From contig JAVKOQ020000009.1 of the NCBI GenBank assembly GCA_031835245.2, positions 186,001-250,000 on the forward strand: a DNA stretch of 64,000 bases. Reading direction: 5' to 3'. The translations under genes and the position numbers were made by a program. The DNA is from Balamuthia mandrillaris (lineage: Eukaryota). Shown piece after piece: positions 1 through 13,598 of the stretch (the stretch's first letter is position 1; every line of letters begins with the position of its first letter). The notes beneath the pieces are model-generated. The model did not search any database. It was given only the letters and a program-made list of their open reading frames with translations, and was not told where the DNA came from.

Positions 1-1
1 T

Positions 2-2710
2 CGAACAGAAAAAGGTTATTGCCTGCGTGGCGCTCTTTGTCCTTACGAACATCAACCTTCCGGAAAAGCAGAAGGACCCGTCGTCATGGACGAGCAGGAG
101 CTCTATAGACAGCACCAACACCCCCAATTAATGGGGGACACTGGCTCATTGGAGGAACAATCATACAACCCAGATGAACCCTTCCTTGTATCCCAAGGCG
201 TAGTTGGTGCAGGAGGCGTGTGGCATCAGCCACAAGGTGTTCCTCCTCAGCAAATGCCGTTCCCTCCGGTTGGAGGCATGAATAGTGGTGGTATGGTGCC
301 ATCTTTGGTACCTCCTGCTATGATGGGAGGAGGGGGATTAGGACTTCCATTACCGCCTCCTCATCATCACGGCGGAGGTGGTTTTAGTCCTCAAGATGGT
401 GGTGTAGGAGGTTATCATCACAACAATAGAGGAGGAAGAGGAGGGTATCATCGACGCGGCGGTGGTGGTGGCAGAGAGTGGAGGGACCATTCTTCCGAGA
501 GAACAACGGACGCCATCACGTTGACCGATAGCGGATCTGCCTCCTCTCGAGATAAGGATAGCACCTATGGCGGTGGAAGAGGAGCTAGAGGAAGAGGAAG
601 AGGCGGAAGAGGAGGAAGGGGTGGCCTCGGAAGATTTGGGGGAGAAGACCAAGGCAGAGAAGGTGGTGGAGACAGAGATGGGCATGCGGAAGGTCGTAAA
701 CGGTGGCATCAAGATAGCGCTTATCAACAACAGCAAGGAGGTAGTGATCAGGGAGGAGGACCTCCCTTCAAACGACAGCGCCAACAGCAAGTCGGCTATC
801 AACCACGAGCCCAACGTAATAACATCGCGACTGACACCATCACCGTCACTCGCATCCCCGCCGAATCCAACAACATAGAGACCCTCAACTCCCACTTTAA
901 GAAATTTGGCACTATTGTAAACATTCAGATCGAGCCTCATGAAAACAAGGCCCATGTACAGTTCACTAGCCACGCGGAGGCGCTGAAAGCCTTCCGTTCT
1001 CCTGAGCCTGTGCTCAGCAATCGTTTCATCGGTGTTTATCTTCGAAAAGAGGACTCTGGTGATGCATCTTCTGCTGCTTCTACTTCTTTTAGCAAAAGAG
1101 CTCCTTCCCCTCCTGTCCACATACCAACAACTTTGGAGAAAGCAGCAACTTTGACACCTGCCCTTTCAAAAGCGGCCGCACCTACTGCTTCTACTTCCAC
1201 TTCTTCAACTTCTGCAGCTTCCCCGGGTCCTACGGCAGCTAGCCTTGAACTTGGGAAGAAGCTCCAAGAACAGAAGCTGGAACTACGAAAGAAGCAGTTG
1301 GAGAAACAACAACAGTTGCTCCAAAAACTGGAGGCAATGAAAGGCATAAAATCGAAGGAAAAAGAGGAGCTCATGAGTCAGCTTACCTTATTGACAAAGC
1401 AGATCAATGAATCCATCGCAAAGGACAAGCAAAGTCTGAGCAAAGTTCCGAAGGTAAAACCAGAAGTTGCTGTTGTTGCCTCTGCTCCTTCTATTGGAAC
1501 GACACCCAAGAAGATGGATCGCACGTTGTTGATGAAAGAGCAACTGGATCGTGAGTTGGAGAGCATCACCCAATTGCAGTTGAAGAAGAGTCAACAAGAT
1601 TCTAGCAGTAGCGATACTGTTGCCACGAAAGCACGCGTGGAAGAGCTTAAGCGACTCATCGCAGAAAAAGAGAAAGCTTTGCAACAAGCGCAAGAAAGCA
1701 AAGAAGGAGAAGGAAAGGGTGCAGGAGAGAAGGCAAAGGAAGGGGAAGAAAATACTGAACAACCAGGAGAAAAAGATACTTCTACCAACCAGCACAAAGA
1801 ACAGAGGGAAGAAGAAGAAGAAGAGGAAGCCAACAACGAAGGTGAAGAGAACAACCGGCCGTTATCACGACTCGACATGCTGAAAAGCAAGTTGAGCTCA
1901 TTGCAACAGGAAGCCACCACTTTGGGCATTGACGCTCCTCTCACTCCTGTCCCCTATAGCAGATCTACTCGTGGCGGAGCGGCGGCAGGGAGAGGAGCAG
2001 CTTTTATACGTGGAGGCCGGGCAAGAGGCACGATTAGAGGGACAAGAGGAGCCGCTTCCTGGCGGGGAGGTAGAGGAAGAGGCAGAGGAGGAGGCCCCTC
2101 CGCCTTCAAGCTGGACAACAGAACGACCGTTATTCGAGTGCAGAACCTGCCAGAGGAACTGAGGTCAGAGGAGCTGCTGCGAGCTCATTTTCAGAGCTTT
2201 GGCTCCATTCTTAGTGTTGTCTACCAGGAGGATGGCAGCGCCTTAGTTCAATTTGATACTCGTCGGATGGCCGAAATGGTATGGCCGCTTTTCTTGTTCT
2301 CTCCTCTCACTTTTTTGTTTCTTGCTAACGTCAAGGTTTTTCTAAAGGCATTCCAACATGGCCAAACGTACAATAATCAGACAATGAACTTCGGTTGGTT
2401 CGATAAGATGGCCGAAGCTAGAGCTGCTGCTCAACCAGGTGCTTCCGTTTCCTCCGAGTCTTCTTCCGCAACTGGTGCCGCTGAACAGCAACAAGAGGTT
2501 TGTTTTCTTTCTTCTCATGCATTTCCTCCCTCTCCTTCTGTTTTTTTTTTTTCAAATCATATTCGTTTCTCACAATTTATCAAAAAGGAGGGAAGCAGAG
2601 GAGATGTTGTCGAGGAATATGCCTACGATGAAGAAGATTACTCAGCGACCTTTGAGGACGAAGTCAACGAGGAAGAAGAGGAAGACCAAGAACGGTCTTG
2701 GAAGAGATGA
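2..2710 (+). CDS. RBM26: RBM26/RBM27-like RNA-binding protein (CCCH zinc finger, RGG, two RRMs); 5' end lies outside the window
   Basis: The frame is open from base 2 and reads EKGYCLRGALCPYEH (end of an RBM26-type CCCH finger). It has RGG tracts, RRM1 (TITVTRIP..NNIETLNSHFKKFGTIVNIQI..AHVQF..VLSNRFIGVY) and RRM2 (LDNRTTVIRVQNLP..HFQSFG). Two in-frame GT-AG introns: 2279-2347 and 2498-2587. Confidence 0.85.
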   Translation, partial: RTEKGYCLRGALCPYEHQPSGKAEGPVVMDEQELYRQHQHPQLMGDTGSLEEQSYNPDEPFLVSQGVVGAGGVWHQPQGVPPQQMPFPPVGGMNSGGMVPSLVPPAMMGGGGLGLPLPPPHHHGGGGFSPQDGGVGGYHHNNRGGRGGYHRRGGGGGREWRDHSSERTTDAITLTDSGSASSRDKDSTYGGGRGARGRGRGGRGGRGGLGRFGGEDQGREGGGDRDGHAEGRKRWHQDSAYQQQQGGSDQGGGPPFKRQRQQQVGYQPRAQRNNIATDTITVTRIPAESNNIETLNSHFKKFGTIVNIQIEPHENKAHVQFTSHAEALKAFRSPEPVLSNRFIGVYLRKEDSGDASSAASTSFSKRAPSPPVHIPTTLEKAATLTPALSKAAAPTASTSTSSTSAASPGPTAASLELGKKLQEQKLELRKKQLEKQQQLLQKLEAMKGIKSKEKEELMSQLTLLTKQINESIAKDKQSLSKVPKVKPEVAVVASAPSIGTTPKKMDRTLLMKEQLDRELESITQLQLKKSQQDSSSSDTVATKARVEELKRLIAEKEKALQQAQESKEGEGKGAGEKAKEGEENTEQPGEKDTSTNQHKEQREEEEEEEANNEGEENNRPLSRLDMLKSKLSSLQQEATTLGIDAPLTPVPYSRSTRGGAAAGRGAAFIRGGRARGTIRGTRGAASWRGGRGRGRGGGPSAFKLDNRTTVIRVQNLPEELRSEELLRAHFQSFGSILSVVYQEDGSALVQFDTRRMAEMVWPLFLFSPLTFLFLANVKVFLKAFQHGQTYNNQTMNFGWFDKMAEARAAAQPGASVSSESSSATGAAEQQQEVCFLSSHAFPPSPSVFFFSNHIRFSQFIKKEGSRGDVVEEYAYDEEDYSATFEDEVNEEEEEDQERSWKR

Positions 2711-3313
2711 TGAACTTCTCTCTTCTCTTTCTCTCCTTTCATTTCATTTTTTTCTTATGTTTTGTTTTACTTGCTTTTTTGACTGAATGTAACGAACACT
2801 TTCATCTTATTATTAACGAATGGAGGGAAGAAAAAGAAAAAAGAAAAAGAAAAGAAAAACAATACAAAACAACGTTGAAAAAAAGAAAATGGGAGTGAAA
2901 AAAAAAAACCCAAAAAAAAAAACCAAAACCCTCCCTCTATTACTATTATTATTTATTTGTTCTCCACTCTTTTCAAAGAGTTACTCTTTCTCTTCTCTCC
3001 TCTTCTCTCTCTTCTTTTCCTTCTTCCTTCTATCTCTGCCACAAGCACGACCGAAAGAGACAGCGAGGTGCGAATTCGCGGTCTCGGTACGTCTCGTTGT
3101 ATTTTCCTTCTTTTTTTTTTTTAATCCCTTGCTTCTCTGAACGTTACCACCTTGCAGTGCCAGAACGATGTTCTTGGGGGACCAACGACACCCAAAAGCC
3201 TTCTTCTGATGACAGACGGACGGCCGGAGCGAGCCACAAGAGGATCGCCTTACGCACAAGCTTAAGTGGAGATAGCGTTAATTTTTTCTTATGCAAACAA
3301 TTGTGCTCTGTGA

Positions 3314-3525
3314 GCGTCGAACGCACGACCCTCTGGCCATAAGGATTTTTTTTAAAAAAACATCCGCTTGTATTCTGCGTCGAACTCGTGACCTTTAGGC
3401 TAACATTTTTTTTTGCAGCAAACCAAAATCCGCTCGTCCTCCACAAGCGTCGAACGCATAACCCCTTTAAAACCAAAAAAAAAAAAAAAAAAATCAAACT
3501 TGTCTTTGTCGGGAGTCGAACCCGA
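3314..3525 (-). repeat. Four degenerate units at about 65-bp spacing, each with a GTTCGA T-loop/B-box-like core on the minus strand
   Basis: GCGTCGAAC at 3314, 3377 and 3447; GAGTCGAAC at 3513. Spacing is 63, 70 and 66 bp, with A/T runs between units. Confidence 0.6.
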
Positions 3526-3721
3526 GCAAAAACAAAAAAGTAGAGAAAAAAGAAAGAATTGCGCCACTGAAAAAGAAAGAGAGAGGAGAGAGCAAGCAAA
3601 CGGTGCGTAGTGTCAGTCAAATAAATAGAATCATCCTCTTTGAGTCTCGCTGACATCAAGCTTGTTTGTTTTTTTTTTTTTTTCACCTTCCACTACCACT
3701 TGCTTGCAAACCAACAGGAGA

Positions 3722-6700
3722 ATGGAACCGGTCAAAGCGTCGAAGAAGACAGTCAAACAGCCGGAATGGAAGCAACCTTCTGGCGGCGAGAACAAAGGTT
3801 TGGATTTTCATTTCTTTTCTTATCGATGATTAGATTGATACACTGCAACTGAGTCTGAACAAAATGGTGAACAACAGGCTTGTATGTCTACAACAGTTTG
3901 ACCAGCACCAAAGTGCCGTTCATCCCTGCCAAAGGCAACCGCGTCACTTGGTACATCTGCGGCCCTACCGTCTATGACTCTGCTCACTTTGGTCATGCCA
4001 GGTACGCTCGCGCTTCTCTCCTTCTCGTTCAAAGACTTTTATGTCTTCTCTCTCTCTCTCTCTCTCTCATTCACTCTTCTCCCGTACAACAGAAATTATC
4101 TCACGTTTGACATTATCCGCCGAATACTGGAGGACTACTTCAACTATGAGGTCTTTGCGGTGATGAACATAACCGATGTGGACGACAAGATCATCCTGAA
4201 GGCTCGCAAAGGCCATCTCGTACAAATTTACGAGTCCAAACACGCTGCCCTCAGCCAGAAAGTTGTCGCCTACGTAACCTCTGCTTTTGAAGACTACAAG
4301 ATGAAGCTGTTGGGAAAAGAACGACAGTTGAGCGAAGAAAAGTCCAAGTTGGAAGCTGCCGCCTTTACTCTTCAAGACGTCGGAGCCCAAAAGGGGCTGA
4401 CTCAAAAGTTAATGGAAAAAGGAGCAGAGCTCCGTTTGACGCAGGATAAGCTGTGGGAGATCACTCATGTGGAACGCAAGTTAGAAGAGCTGAAAAACCT
4501 TTCGGAGGAGGAATTAGCCAAAGTTTCCACTGCTGAAGGATTGTTGGACTTGAAGGATCCCTATGGTGCTCCACTGCCGGTGAGAGATGTGCTGGCTGAA
4601 CTTTTGGATAAGGAACGTGGTAAGAACGTACGTGAGGAACACATCTTTAGAGCGCACGCTGCCAAGTATGAGAAAGAGTTTATAGAAGACATGACTTCTT
4701 TAGGTACGTTTTTCTTGTTTTGGTTATGCCTGTAGAGAGACAGAGACAGAGACAGAAACAGAGACAGAGAGAGAGACAGAGAGAGAGACAGAGAGAGAGA
4801 CAGAGAGAGAGACAGAGAGACAGAGACAGAGACAGAGACAGAGACAGAGAAGAGACAGAGACAGAGACATAGACAGAGACAGAGACAGAGACAGAGACAG
4901 AGACAGAGACAGAGACAGAGACAGAGACAGAGACAGAGACAGAGACAGAGGGAGGGGAGAGAATAGGGAGATCACGAAGGGAAGAGAATTGCTAAGATGC
5001 TCTTGTTACAACAAAGGAATTAGAATGCCTGATGCCTTGACCCGTGTCACCGAATATGTACCCTACATTGTGTCGTATGTGGAGAAGATCATTGCAAACG
5101 GATTTGCCTACGAGTCCAATGGCTCTGTCTACTTTGACACTGTGGCCTTCTCGAAGGGAGGTCATGACTACGGTAAACTCGAGCCCTGGTCTGTTGGGGA
5201 TGAAAAACTGTTGCAAGATGGCGAAGGTATCTTCTGTTTTCTACCGTCTGCTTTCTTTTTTACTTCTGCCTCTCTTTCTGTTCCATGTATCCGTTCTTTC
5301 ATGTCTTTTTTGGGAGAAATTCTCATGTACCTTTTGTTAAACAAAAACGCAGGCGCGCTTTCCCAAGGAGCTGAAAAGAGGTCATCAAACGACTTTGCTC
5401 TGTGGAAAAAGTCAAAACCAGGAGAACCGACATGGGACTCTCCCTGGGGTAAAGGAAGGCCCGGATGGCACATAGAGTGCAGTGCAATGGCCAGCGACAT
5501 TCTCGGCAACAACATGGACATCCACAGCGGAGGCTCCGATTTGAGGTTTCCTCATCATGACAATGAGTTAGCTCAATCGGAGGCTCATTTCGGATGCGCT
5601 CAGTGGGTCAATTATTTCCTTCACTCAGGTGAACCTTGCTTTCTCTCTTTCTCTTTATCTCTTTCTGTCTTTTAGTGCCCTTTGTTATTATTTTTGGTGT
5701 AGCACACACTGCTACCTTTCATATTTATCTTTACTAGCTTTCTCTTTCATTCTTCCACCATGGAAGATGTTCATTCCATTTGTCTGACAATGTTTTACAT
5801 TCAAAACCAAAACAAAAAAGGCCACCTTCATATTGACGGTTTGAAGATGTCAAAGTCCCTGAAGAATTTTATCACCATCAGAGAAGTACTGAAGCAAACA
5901 ACTCCCCGTCAAATCCGTCTCTACTTTGCTATGCAGTCATGGCACAATGTGATGGACTTTGATCGCAAGAACGGATTGGAGGAGCTACGAAACAAGGAAA
6001 AGGTATTGCTTCGCTTCTTTGAAAGCGTCTCAAAGATCGTTCTTGATGCGAAGAGCGCCGAAGAGGAGGAGACCCGATGGACAACGGAGGAGAAGGAGCT
6101 TCATGATAAGCTGTTGAGCACCCAGGAAGCCGTTCATGCTGCTTTCTTGAATAACTTTGACACTCCCAAGGTTGATCACCTATCCTGTTATCAAACCCAC
6201 TTAGAGCGACTAACAGACCCTTCCTCTCTTTTAGGCATTAAGAAAACTGTTCGACATTGTTCGAGAAACAAACATCTACATCAACCGTAAAACTGGAACT
6301 TCTGCTTCCACCTCCAACAACACTCCCATTCGTGGATTGCTCGTCCGTAAGATTGCCGCATACGTGGCCAAGATATTGAACGTGATCGGCATTCAGTTCC
6401 CAGAGTATGGCTTTGGCGCAGCCTCCTCCTCTGCCTCCTCTTCCGGCGGTTCGTCCGAGGTTGACAAACAGACCGAAACGCGGTTGATTAAGCCTTACTT
6501 GGATATTTTGGCCACTCTGAGGCAACAGGTTTCTTCTTCTTTCTTTGTTTCTCTCTCTTGCTGACCTTTTAAACAAAAAAAAAGATACGAGATTTGGCGA
6601 TAAAGGGAGCCCCTGCCAGCGAGTTCTTGAAGCTCACCGACCACTTGCGCGATGAGATCATGCCCAACTATGGCATTCGTTTGGAAGATGAAGGTCTCTA

Positions 6701-7141
6701 TTCTCTTTTCTCTCTCCAATCTTTTCTCTTTCTTACATGGTTCCCTTTGCTTTAGGTTCTCATTTGTGGACAGCAGTCCCGGCTGAGCTCCTGAAGCAAG
6801 AGCTGCAGCGCAAGAAAGAAAACACGGCCAAGCAACTCCTTGAAAAGACCAAACGCCGCATCGTCGCGCTCACCCGCGACATTGAGAACTGGCAGAGCTA
6901 CTCGGTGCCACCGGAGGACTACGGCAAGGACAAGTACAGCGAGTTTGATGCGGAGGGTTTGCCGGTCAAGGAGATCGGAGGGAAGGAGGTCAGCAAGAAG
7001 CTGCAGAAGCTCTTTCCTAAGAGCAAGAAGAAGCACGAGGAGAATCACAAAAAGTATTTGAAGATGGTGGAGAAGGACCCGCTGTTCTTGGACAACTTGA
7101 AAGCGGAGCTGCAAAGGCTGAAAGAGAGCTTGGCAGAATAA
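3722..7141 (+). CDS. CARS1: Cytoplasmic cysteine--tRNA ligase (multi-exon)
   Basis: Motifs [26 protein letters not shown] (HIGH), [46 protein letters not shown] and LKMSKS; eukaryotic C-terminal extension ([11 protein letters not shown]). Confidence 0.97.
4735..4950 (+). repeat. (GAGACA)n intronic microsatellite
   Basis: Directly visible tandem hexamer within a CysRS intron. Confidence 0.95.
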
Positions 7142-7200
7142 TGATAATGATATCGCTAGTTACAAACAGAATTTTTAAAATAAAGGGAAGAGGCAAACGT

Positions 7201-8933
7201 TTAAACAAGAGTTCGTTCTTTTCCCTTCAGCTTTTCCGACTTTCTTCGTTGTCGTTGTTGAACCGTCTTTCTCTTTTCTTCCTCTTCTTCTTCTTCTTCC
7301 GCTTCTTCATCTTCATCCGTTTCGTTGCTTCCATCTCCAGCTTCGCCCAAGGGGGTATGTTGCAAGTCAATCAGAGCAGCCGGCATTTCCGGCGCCTCTT
7401 TGGCTGACAGTGTTCGTTTTCTGTGTGTTGGCCGTGAAGGAGTTGAAGAGGAAGACCGCCGAGAAGGCAGGATAGTGAGCTCCCCAACGGCATCGTCATC
7501 GTCATTGTGTCCTTGTTCCCCTTCCTCATCTTCAAGTTGTTGCGGAGCGAGAGCGTCCAACAGACGGAGAGAGGAAGAGGAGTGAGGACGAGAAGTGCGG
7601 GTCTCTTCCTCTTCTTCCTTTTCTTTGCCTTTCTCCTCCTCTTCATCGATCATCCCCGGAGACGTTGACGCGGAGGCAGAACTTGACTTTCTTTGCTGTT
7701 GCTGTTTGAGTTGTTTAAGTTTGTTCTTCTTGTTGACAGCGGCACTCTTTTTCTCTCCAACTCTTTTTTCTGCTTCTTCTTCTTCCTCGGAACTGCTAGA
7801 ATCGAAGATGAATATGCGACGAGAAGGAGAAGTGGAAGGTAACGAAGTAGCGTTTACTCCGCTCTTATTTTCTTGTGGCTGTTCATTTTGTTCTCTCTTG
7901 TTGCCGCCACGATCTATTTTAAAAATTGTTTTATATACAAAAAAATTAATACATAAATATAAGAGAGAAGAAAATGAGAATGAAGATGAGAAGAAAAGTT
8001 GGGGATGTTTTTAATCACCATTGCTTTCTAACAAAGACAAACGAATGGCTTCCATGAGCATCAGTTCCTCGAGGTCTTTCTCGGGAGAGGAACCTGTGGA
8101 GGAAGCTTCTGCTGGAGGATACGTTGAAGCAGAAGGGGAAGAAGTGGAGGTAATGACTGTGTTGATGTTGCCTTCCTGCATAGAAAGTGTTCGTTGCTCC
8201 CTTCCAGATACTTTTGTCATAAAGAGTAGAAAAGTTAAGAAAAATAGTTATGATGATAAACAGTAAAATTGAGAGAAGGCGTACTCTTTTTGTGGCGCTG
8301 AGCAGATGTCCGAAGATCCTCTTTCGAAGAAGACAACGATCCGTCTTTTCTTCGTGGGCTCTTTCTTTTCTTTTTCTTTTGTTGATTATTGTTACCCTCG
8401 TTTTCATCTGCAGTCGCTCCGCCTTCCTCCGTAATAGTAACCGAGCTGATGTCTTCTCCAACAGTGATGGTGATGCTTCCACTAACCCCACTGTTTTCGG
8501 TCGAAGCTGCAATTCCGTTCTTCTCTTTTCCTTTTTGTTCCGTCAACAATTGTTGTTGTTTTCTTTTGTTCTCCTCTCTTTGTCTGTCCCTTTCGATCTC
8601 TTCCTCTCTCATCCTTTGTTGCAGTTCCAAAACTTTTTTCTCTTCCTGCTCTTCAGCCTCTCGCTCCTCGCGAGTTTTTGGGCCAGAAAAGGTAATGGAA
8701 AATTTGTTTCGGTTGCAGAAAGGACAACTAGGGCAGAAAGAGAGATCAGAAATGAGAGAATGAGAGAGAGAGAGAGAGAGAGAGAGTGAGTGAGACGTAC
8801 AAGGCCTGCAATGGCGGTGTATTTGGCTTCTTGATCTGAAGAAAACATTCTGTACAAAGTTCTTTTTTACAACATCGCGTTCTGTTCAGGCCGCCAGCAT
8901 AGTACTTTGAGTGTGAACAATGGAAAGAAAGTT

Positions 8934-8965
<32 letters not shown>

Positions 8966-9340
8966 GGGAGAGCATCGTTAAACAAGTTAGGGGAGAGGTA
9001 TGCGTACCAAAAAACAAATGGGACACTCATCTTGATCAGAAGAGGTTTTCTCCTCTTTGCCAGGATAGAAGGGGGCAATCTTCTTCTCGAGGATGAGCCT
9101 CTTCACGGCTTTGCTGTCCCAATCGCAGCTGGGGTAGAGTCCGTTGGGGGTGAGGAGCTTGGCCTCCTCTGGGGTCAGCTGTCGGTGGCTATGATGGCCG
9201 TGGTGGTGGTGGTGGTGGCTGTGGTGGTGGCCACCGCTGTGGCTACGAGGGCGTGGCCCTCCTCCACCATCTACCGCATTGTGATGATGGGCAGAGTTGT
9301 TGTTGGCCCCGTCTCTTCGCTTCGATGGGATCAACCCCAT
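7201..9340 (-). CDS. DA2/GW2/Sip5-family RING protein (probable E3 ligase)
   Basis: MG start; [30 protein letters not shown], then [32 protein letters not shown] and a later CPFC; coiled coil; [15 protein letters not shown] motif. This matches the plant DA2/GW2 and fungal Sip5 pattern. Confidence 0.85.
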
Positions 9341-9739
9341 ACTTGTAAGCAGCTTTTAGGCTTTAGACGCGTTTCGAAAAAACCAGGTTTCAAAGCTCTT
9401 TACAAGAGGGAAGAGGAGGAAAAAAAAGCAATCAGAAAACACAAAATCTGAGAGAGGCTCTCTCAAAAAAATAAATAAAAATACAACAAAAAAGATGACA
9501 GAGAGAGAGAGAGAGAAAAGCCTTTTTGATGCTTTCCAAGAAAGAAGAAGAAAAGAGGAGAGAAAGCAAAAAAAAAAGCAAAAAAATCACAATCCAATGT
9601 TGCCTGCTGCTGATCTGGTGCGTAGAGAGCTCAAAACAAAAAACAAAAAACACCACAAAGAAAAGCTCACCACTTTTTTGTCAACCAAAAACAGCATCAA
9701 ATTTCGACGGTTTGCATGTGATTTTTCTGCTCGATTCGT

Positions 9740-9783
<44 letters not shown>

Positions 9784-11033
9784 TCTATGAAAATCAAATC
9801 GATCTCTCCTTTCTGTCACACAAAAGAAAGAAGGAAAGAAAGAAAAGGGGGGGGGGAGAAAGAAGAAGAAAGGCAAACAAACCTTGTTGCTTGTTGGGAT
9901 GTGTGTGCACGGGCGATGGCGGTGTAGTCGTGCCGTGCGTAGAGAGCGAGGGAAAGGGGGGAAAAAATATCAAAAGAAAAAGAAAAAAAAGATACACCCA
10001 AACCAACTAATTACAAAAGATGATGAAACAAAAAATGAGAGAGGAAAAAAAAACCGCGTTGCGCTACGAGCACATCAAAATAAATAGGTTTGCCCAACAA
10101 ACAAACAAAAAAAAACTGGAAGGCGACCTCAGGCAGCGGCGGAGAGATGAAACGAATGACTTGATCCTACAAAAACAAAAAAAAAAAGAGCGGTGGTCAG
10201 GATTGTTGGGGGGAAATGACGATGATGCTGCTGATCTTGTGTTTTTTTTTTTTAAAAAAGGATGGGAAAACAAAGAAAAAAAAAAAACAAGCCGACTCCG
10301 CAACCCCCCTCCGAATCCCTCACCACAACAAACCTTGTTTTTTTTTTTGTTCCCTCTCTTTCCTCCTCCTTTGCTCGCCTCCTTGTTTTCTGCGTAGCGA
10401 GAAAAAACAAGCGGCTTCCGCTTCCTCCTCCTCTTTTTTTTTTTTATTGAACGCGAGAGTCTATCAAGGACACTTTTTTTTTCTTCACTCCCCCCCCCCC
10501 GCGCGCTTCCGCTTCTCTTTTCTCCTTCTGAAGGAAAGCAACCCCTGAGGGAGGGAGGGGGCGCGTACCCGTGTTGTCGTGGTTCGTGCAGGCGAGAGAG
10601 GGGAGAGGCAAGGCAAAAAACTAAACCACCAGACAGACAAACACGCACAGCAACCGAGTTTGACAGACTGTCTTTTGAATCGTCCCGTTGTTTATTTTTT
10701 TTTATTTTATTCCCTTCTTGGCCACAACAACTGGAAAACTCAAAGGGTTTGGGGGGTGGGGGCAAAAGAGAGAGAGGAGAGAGAGAGAGAGAGAGGGCAA
10801 GTCTCACCGCTCTCCGTTTGCCAAACCTGCCCGCCCGCCTAACCTCAGGCCAACTGCTGAATTTTTTTGTCTTTGTCCAGGAGAGAGGGGAGTTCCTTGC
10901 CAGAGTGGTTGCGTGGCGGCAAAAAAAAAGTCGGGTTTGTTTTTAATGAGTCTCGGAGTTGCCAGCGGAAACTTCAGATGTTCATGTTGTCCCTCTCTTC
11001 TCTCAGCCTCTCCTAAAAAGAGAGAGGAGAGAG

Positions 11034-11077
<44 letters not shown>

Positions 11078-11162
11078 GGTTCTGAAACCCGGACGTGGCG
11101 TTCTTCTCCTCCAAAACTCTTTTTTTAAAATCACAAAAAATAAAGACCATCGGTTATAGTTT

Positions 11163-13289
<2,127 letters not shown>

Positions 13290-13598
13290 GAAGCCAAAAA
13301 AATTTCAAAAAACAAAAAAAACACACACACAACTGGCCGCTACTAGCGCGAGAGGAAAGGAAGCTTGCTACTCACTCCGTTCCCAGTATCCACTGCTCTC
13401 TCTGCTTCAAAGACGAAAAGCTCTTTTTGTTTTCTTTCTCTCTTGTCCCGCGCCTTTTGTTTTAGGTTAGGCTCTCGTGGCATCCGTTCATTGGTTCGGA
13501 GTTTTTTGATCTATCTTATCGATCTCCATTTTTCGCGACGACATGGAGTTCCAATCATATTCTTTAAAATTTTTCCAAGAAATCATTGTTATTAATTA

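Noticed and set aside
2279..2587. Hydrophobic, TM-like segments in the RBM26 ORF
   Set aside because: They are read-through of two 3n, stop-free GT-AG introns.
3314..3525. CRISPR-like array, because of the ~65-bp periodicity
   Set aside because: Eukaryotic context, highly degenerate repeats, homopolymer spacers and no cas genes.
5227..5352. CysRS intron starting GTATCTTC as a possible U12 intron
   Set aside because: It mismatches GTATCCT and has no TCCTTAAC branch site near the 3' end; an ordinary GT-AG intron suffices.
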